Shown: piece by piece, positions 59,910 to 64,000 of the stretch
How positions within the stretch are numbered: position 1 is the stretch's first letter
How the letters are laid out: each line of letters opens with the position of its first letter
Origin: a virus
Lineage: Duplodnaviria > Caudoviricetes
Strand: one strand, 5' to 3'
IMG/VR virus record: IMGVR_UViG_3300032167_000039
Length of the DNA stretch: 64,000 nt
Made by a program: the position numbers and the translations under genes
The notes under the pieces: generated by a model
The model's database searches: none
What the model saw: the letters and a program-made list of their open reading frames with translations, nothing else
What the model was told of the DNA's origin: nothing

Positions 59910-60726
59910 TTAATTCATCTCGAGTAGGAGGTCTTTTCTTTTCACATTTTGGAGGAATAAAAACAGGGTAAGGAATTCCAATATAACCACAGTTTGGCGG
60001 CGTATAACAAGGAACTTTTTCATCTTCGCAATGAAATGTTGCTATATGATAATAAGTTCCGTCAGATAAAGGTACTCCATCTGGATATTTAGATAAAATC
60101 CTTTTCATTCCTTTATAATAATCCAATCCTTTTTCCCATTCATAAAAATCGCACTCTAAGGCGGCGGAAAAGTAAGTTGTATTAATAATATCTTTTTCTT
60201 CTTCTTGAGTTTTTTTATCTTCTTGATCTTCTTTAAAACTTAATAAACCAAAATATAAATCATCAAGACTTGTTTCAGAAAGTTGATACTCTAAATTATA
60301 ACAAATTTCTCTTCCTTTTGAGATATCAAACCCTTGAGTTTCTTCATTAAATACTGCTCCAAATAAAACATAATATCCTTCAAAAATATAAATAAACTGA
60401 ATGTTTTTTTCATCTGTATATTTAGCAGCATAAAAAGCTCCTTCCTTTTCATTTGTACTTGCAACTTTTTCTGGAAAATATTCTTGGTGTTCTATAATAA
60501 TTTGTCCTTTAAATTCTGGAACCGGGACTGGTAATGGACATAATTCATAATTTTCACAAGGAGAACCAAGAATTTCTTCGATTAAAGTTAATGTTTTTAA
60601 ATAATCAATTTTTATCTCACATACGGGGAAATGTCTACAAGTAAAACAACGAGGGTAAAGTTGCGTGTGTCTAGGCGGCGGCATTTCCTCACTAATTGGA
60701 GTTAGTATTTTCTTATAATCAATCAT
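59899..60726 (-). CDS. Hypothetical Cys/Pro-rich protein
   Basis: SD AAGGGGTG; CFTCRHFPVC. Confidence 0.7.
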   Translation of the reverse strand: MIDYKKILTPISEEMPPPRHTQLYPRCFTCRHFPVCEIKIDYLKTLTLIEEILGSPCENYELCPLPVPVPEFKGQIIIEHQEYFPEKVASTNEKEGAFYAAKYTDEKNIQFIYIFEGYYVLFGAVFNEETQGFDISKGREICYNLEYQLSETSLDDLYFGLLSFKEDQEDKKTQEEEKDIINTTYFSAALECDFYEWEKGLDYYKGMKRILSKYPDGVPLSDGTYYHIATFHCEDEKVPCYTPPNCGYIGIPYPVFIPPKCEKKRPPTRDELNEF

Positions 60727-60754
60727 AAATTCACCCCTTTTAATATAATAAAAA

Positions 60755-60773
60755 GAGGAGTAAAATACTCCTC
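60755..60773 (-). terminator. Terminator downstream of the ligase gene
   Basis: GAGGAGTA-ttt-TACTCCTC followed by a T run on the minus strand. Confidence 0.7.
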
Positions 60774-60819
60774 ATTCTCCAATAATTAAGTGAAATTTTA
60801 TTTAAAAGATTATAATAAA

Positions 60820-61971
60820 TTACGCTTTATCAGAAATCTGAGCAAAGTCACAGTCTTCTGGATTTTTGTCACTTCTAAACTGAATGATTTTTGCGTGGCG
60901 AAGAGAATATTCATTGTCTATGTGTTCTACTTCCATACAGGTCAATTCTGCAACTTTATTAACCCATTTTTCGGGAATTTCAACGATTTCCTTTTTAAGT
61001 TCATCAGTAATGCCTGATATCCAAGCTACGCGAATGGGTTTATTGTCTTTCATTACAGACAGTGATACTGCACTTGCCCAGCCATTATACCAAGCCTTTG
61101 TGACTGGCTCCCAAGTTTCACCATTCGTGTATTCTGTAAACTTGCAGATATTAGATTTCTCGCCAGTCTTATAATTAACCCAGTACGCCCAGTTTTCAAT
61201 TTCCTTGCCTTTATAATCCTTTGTTGCGGGTTTATAATCGCCATCAAGAAAAGCATCAATAGTTTCGTTGATTTCCTTTTTCATCTTCAATGTCATTCTT
61301 GCTGTTCTCTTACCAGGGAGGTATTTACAATCCTTACGAGTAATAACAATACCTTCGCCGCCCTCTGCAATTACCTGTCCATATAGATCCCAAAGATCAG
61401 AACCTTCCTTATAGTCTGCCATGAAAACATATTCATTATTATTAGAGATATCTGCAAGTTCGTATTCGAGATATGTACGAATACGGGTTTCAAAAGGAGT
61501 ATCAATAAGAGATTTTCCCTTGTAAGCAAGAACATCAAATACATAGAAATTCAAGATTCCATTTTTCTTTTGTCTATCAATACACTTATCTTTAAGACAA
61601 TTAAGTACCGATGTAATCTTTCGGCTACCTTCATTATTAGGAAAACAAATTTCTCCCACAAGAACAGTGCCATTAGGAATCCAAGACAATTCTTCTGTAA
61701 TCCAAGGAATCCATTCTGCCTTATCTGTATAGCCACCATTTACACTTTCTGTGCGGCTACGAAGATGAAAATTACCTTCCATATCCTTGATAAGCATATT
61801 CCAAGCACCGTCATATTTGCGGGCGCCCATGTAGTTGCCAGAGACACACATGTACTTGGATTCTTCTTTCTTTTTCTTAAGGTCGTATGACTTTGGGTGG
61901 CTCCAATATTTCATGCTTTCTATGTTCCAAAAATCATAATTATCTATAATAATATTCTTTTTCTTATCCAT
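60820..61971 (-). CDS. ATP-dependent DNA ligase
   Basis: RKYDG (adenylation Lys), LVGEI, FDVL, EGIVI, KMKK, SLRHA..RSDK. Confidence 0.9.
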   Translation of the reverse strand: MDKKKNIIIDNYDFWNIESMKYWSHPKSYDLKKKKEESKYMCVSGNYMGARKYDGAWNMLIKDMEGNFHLRSRTESVNGGYTDKAEWIPWITEELSWIPNGTVLVGEICFPNNEGSRKITSVLNCLKDKCIDRQKKNGILNFYVFDVLAYKGKSLIDTPFETRIRTYLEYELADISNNNEYVFMADYKEGSDLWDLYGQVIAEGGEGIVITRKDCKYLPGKRTARMTLKMKKEINETIDAFLDGDYKPATKDYKGKEIENWAYWVNYKTGEKSNICKFTEYTNGETWEPVTKAWYNGWASAVSLSVMKDNKPIRVAWISGITDELKKEIVEIPEKWVNKVAELTCMEVEHIDNEYSLRHAKIIQFRSDKNPEDCDFAQISDKA

Positions 61972-62677
61972 TTAAATATCCTCCTATAATAACAGAATCA
62001 ATAGTAATATCATCGTCTTTTGTTAATAAAATTAATGGAATTTTATTATTATTACAATATTCTTTTTTTAATAAATCATATTTCTTTTGTTTTTCCAGTG
62101 ATTTATTTCCTCCCCATTCAGAAATAGGTTCAAAATGTTGCCTACCTTGGTATTCTATAAGGTATTTTAATTTTTTTTCTTTAAAAATAGCAAAGTCAAA
62201 TCTAAGTTTATTATTATCTCCTTTTAAATCAGAAAATGAATATTCTCTTTCATATTCTATGTGATTTTCTTTTAGAATTTCCTCAATTACCTCTTCTTTA
62301 AAAGACTTTAAACACCCACAGGAACGAGTATGTCCATTTTTTAAATCAGCACTTCGAACGGTAGTAGTTTTTCCACATTCACATTGACAAATCCAATAAG
62401 CGTTTGAGCCTGTTTTTTCAAAATCTCTTTTTATAACAGTCAATCTACCAAAGTTTCTTCCAGTTAAATCATCTATTCTTATTTGACTTATTTTCTCTTT
62501 TCTTAGGCATCCGCAAGATTGAATTCCTCCACTACTCAAATGACTCCCTCTAATTTCTTTTTCATTGCCACACTCACATTTACAAAGATAATATGTTTGT
62601 TTGCCCTTTCTAATTGGACCATCTATGATAGTTAATCTACCAAATTTTTCTCCAATATAACGAGTTTGTTTACCCAT
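61964..62677 (-). CDS. Free-standing homing-type endonuclease (two Zn-binding repeats plus PD-(D/E)xK domain)
   Basis: Two G..FGRLT..C.CECG..SCGC repeats, then LRFDFAI..IEYQGRQHF. Confidence 0.8.
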   Translation of the reverse strand: MGKQTRYIGEKFGRLTIIDGPIRKGKQTYYLCKCECGNEKEIRGSHLSSGGIQSCGCLRKEKISQIRIDDLTGRNFGRLTVIKRDFEKTGSNAYWICQCECGKTTTVRSADLKNGHTRSCGCLKSFKEEVIEEILKENHIEYEREYSFSDLKGDNNKLRFDFAIFKEKKLKYLIEYQGRQHFEPISEWGGNKSLEKQKKYDLLKKEYCNNNKIPLILLTKDDDITIDSVIIGGYLNG

Positions 62678-62775
62678 CTTCATCACCTCAATATTTAAGT
62701 AGAAAAATCTGATGTAGGCTCTAATAAATTGGTCACAAAATTATCAATAATATACATATAAATTACCTCTCTTTC

Positions 62776-63009
62776 TTATATTAATGGAGTTTCATTTGAC
62801 AATATACAGTCATCATCAGATAATAGGTGAATACAGCCATCGCGCTGATAAATATAATGATTCCCTATTGTTTCTTCTTCATTAATTAAATTGGCAGTCC
62901 AACTTCCTAATTCTGTAGAAACAAAAATTTTCATATCTAGACATTCTGGATGTGTTTTTGCTAATTTTTTAATATCTGTATATAATTTTCTTAAAGTTAA
63001 ATATCCCAT
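62776..63009 (-). CDS. Small hypothetical protein, paralog A
   Basis: LTLRKL..PECLD..IHLLSDDD..SNETP. Confidence 0.75.
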   Translation of the reverse strand: MGYLTLRKLYTDIKKLAKTHPECLDMKIFVSTELGSWTANLINEEETIGNHYIYQRDGCIHLLSDDDCILSNETPLI

Positions 63010-63011
63010 AA

Positions 63012-63149
63012 TTATTCCTTTTCTATTAAATCGATTTTAACAATTAAATCCAAACACTCTGGATTAATTTTTTCTAATTCTTTAAGATAAAGATATAATT
63101 TCTTTAGTGATATAATACCATATTTTTTAAATAACTTTTGTTTATCCAT
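63012..63149 (-). CDS. 45-aa truncated paralog (MDKQKLFKKYGIISLKKLY..INPECLDL..), not in the ORF track
   Basis: SD GAGAGGT; matches the N-terminal half of paralogs A and B. Confidence 0.6.
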   Translation of the reverse strand: MDKQKLFKKYGIISLKKLYLYLKELEKINPECLDLIVKIDLIEKE

Positions 63150-63164
63150 AAATTACCTCTCTTT

Positions 63165-63395
63165 TTAAATAATAGGAATCTCATTTGATGATATGTCATC
63201 ATCATCAGATAGAAGATGAATATGATTATCCATTACAAAGATATAATTTCCTGAAAATTTTTCATTGACTAGATGTGCACCAGAATAACCAGATTCTGAA
63301 GCTATAAATATTGGTAAGTCTAAATATTCTGGATTTATATTCTCTACTTTATCAATATCTTCACGAAGTTTTTTTAAAGTTAAACAATTAAACAT
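63165..63395 (-). CDS. Small hypothetical protein, paralog B
   Basis: LTLKKL..NPEYLD..IHLLSDDD..SNEIP. Confidence 0.75.
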   Translation of the reverse strand: MFNCLTLKKLREDIDKVENINPEYLDLPIFIASESGYSGAHLVNEKFSGNYIFVMDNHIHLLSDDDDISSNEIPII

Positions 63396-63431
63396 TCGTA
63401 ACTCACTCCTTAATTTTATTTTTCTACTTAT

Positions 63432-63479
63432 ATTATATCATAAACCAAAGAAAAAGTCAAGATGTTTGATCTTGACTTT
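63432..63479 (-). promoter_or_regulatory. sigmaA promoter fused to terminator hairpin
   Basis: AAAGTCAAGAT-N5-ATCTTGACTTT; TTGACT-17-TATAAT. Confidence 0.85.
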
Positions 63480-64000
63480 ATCCATTTATATAATTTATGA
63501 TTTCATAAATCTGTTCCCAACTTTCTGCACGATAAATTCCATGCTTGCCATTGTCAAAATCTTTATTCCACGGCGCCGAGAACAAAATTCCATGATATTT
63601 AGCATTAATAAGATTTTCTTCATAATCATCAATTAAAATATCAATTCCCGCCATATACTGTTTCTTAGGACAAGAAAATAAACTCTTTCTAATATCAAGA
63701 TATGGGAAATTTCTTTTAAGCCAATTTGCTTTCTTTTTAAGATTTTCTGGTTCAGTTGATGTTATGAAAATAATTGTATGCCCATCTCGATAAAGACGAG
63801 CAACATACTTCTGACAATCTTTTATTAACTTAATTCTTTTCCAAACACGTCTATCAACAAAGTAGTTCTTGAAATTATCTTTAAACTCAGGTTTTACAAA
63901 ATTATCAATATAATAAGACTTTACATCTTCTGGCTTAAGATTATCTCTACTATCTTCGTTATATACTGATAAAACAGCCTTACAGAGTGTGTTGAGTGTA
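63478..64000 (-). CDS. 5'(3')-deoxyribonucleotidase (HAD/NT5C family), 5'-truncated by window edge
   Basis: Manual translation: ..TLNTLCKAVL..IIFITST..KANWLKRNFP..DILIDD..LFSAPWN..SWEQI; TAA at 63480-63478. Confidence 0.85.
   Translation of the reverse strand, partial: TLNTLCKAVLSVYNEDSRDNLKPEDVKSYYIDNFVKPEFKDNFKNYFVDRRVWKRIKLIKDCQKYVARLYRDGHTIIFITSTEPENLKKKANWLKRNFPYLDIRKSLFSCPKKQYMAGIDILIDDYEENLINAKYHGILFSAPWNKDFDNGKHGIYRAESWEQIYEIINYING

Noticed and set aside
447-61890. Short antisense or alternate-frame ORFs in the track (e.g. 447-644, 8209-8424, 29220-29486, 30243-30629, 46993-47397, 55836-56387)
   Set aside because: They lie within well-supported genes, with no recognisable motifs or convincing SD sites; treated as shadow ORFs.
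33516-63479. Recurrent ATTATATCA..AGTCAA blocks as CRISPR repeats or att sites
   Set aside because: They are dispersed one per operon start and match -35/-10 spacing; there is no repeat-spacer periodicity and no cas or integrase gene.
1-64000. Stop-codon reassignment (alternative genetic code)
   Set aside because: Conserved genes are full length under the standard code and coding density is high; the only split core enzyme gene (nrdD) is explained by an intron.
31071-64000. Bacterial chromosome origin for dnaE, gyrAB, recJ, trxB and clpP
   Set aside because: The genes are divergent, densely packed with phage-type primase, helicase, ligase and homing endonucleases, and contiguous with a tail module.

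Overview
AT-rich segment of a large tailed phage, probably infecting an anaerobic Firmicute (sigmaA-type promoters, strong Shine-Dalgarno sites, class III RNR, DnaE, GyrAB). Standard genetic code. The + strand (1-31041) carries a siphovirus-like tail module: four paralogous tail-tube-like genes, an orphan 727-aa gene, a ~2519-aa tape measure, an enlarged Dit, a Tal-like hub apparently split over two genes (with an SGNH esterase insert) and a degenerate M23-like protein. It ends with a separately terminated six-gene cassette of unknown function (Gly/Cys-rich membrane coiled-coil protein, Cys-His-Asp protease-like protein). The - strand (31071-64000) carries a near-complete replication and nucleotide module: RuvC, dUTPase, ClpP, DnaE, HNH, RecJ, primase, helicase, PIN-PhoH, Sak4-like ATPase, SSB, GyrA/GyrB, TrxB, NrdG, NrdD interrupted by a group I intron with a GIY-YIG gene, NrdH-like redoxin, DNA ligase and a nucleotidase. 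Eleven near-consensus TTGACT-N17-TATAAT promoters drive this module; in five, the -35 box lies inside the upstream terminator hairpin. GCCGC/GCGGC appears strongly over-represented. No tRNA, rRNA or CRISPR array was recognised. All calls come from motif reading by eye; no searches were run.
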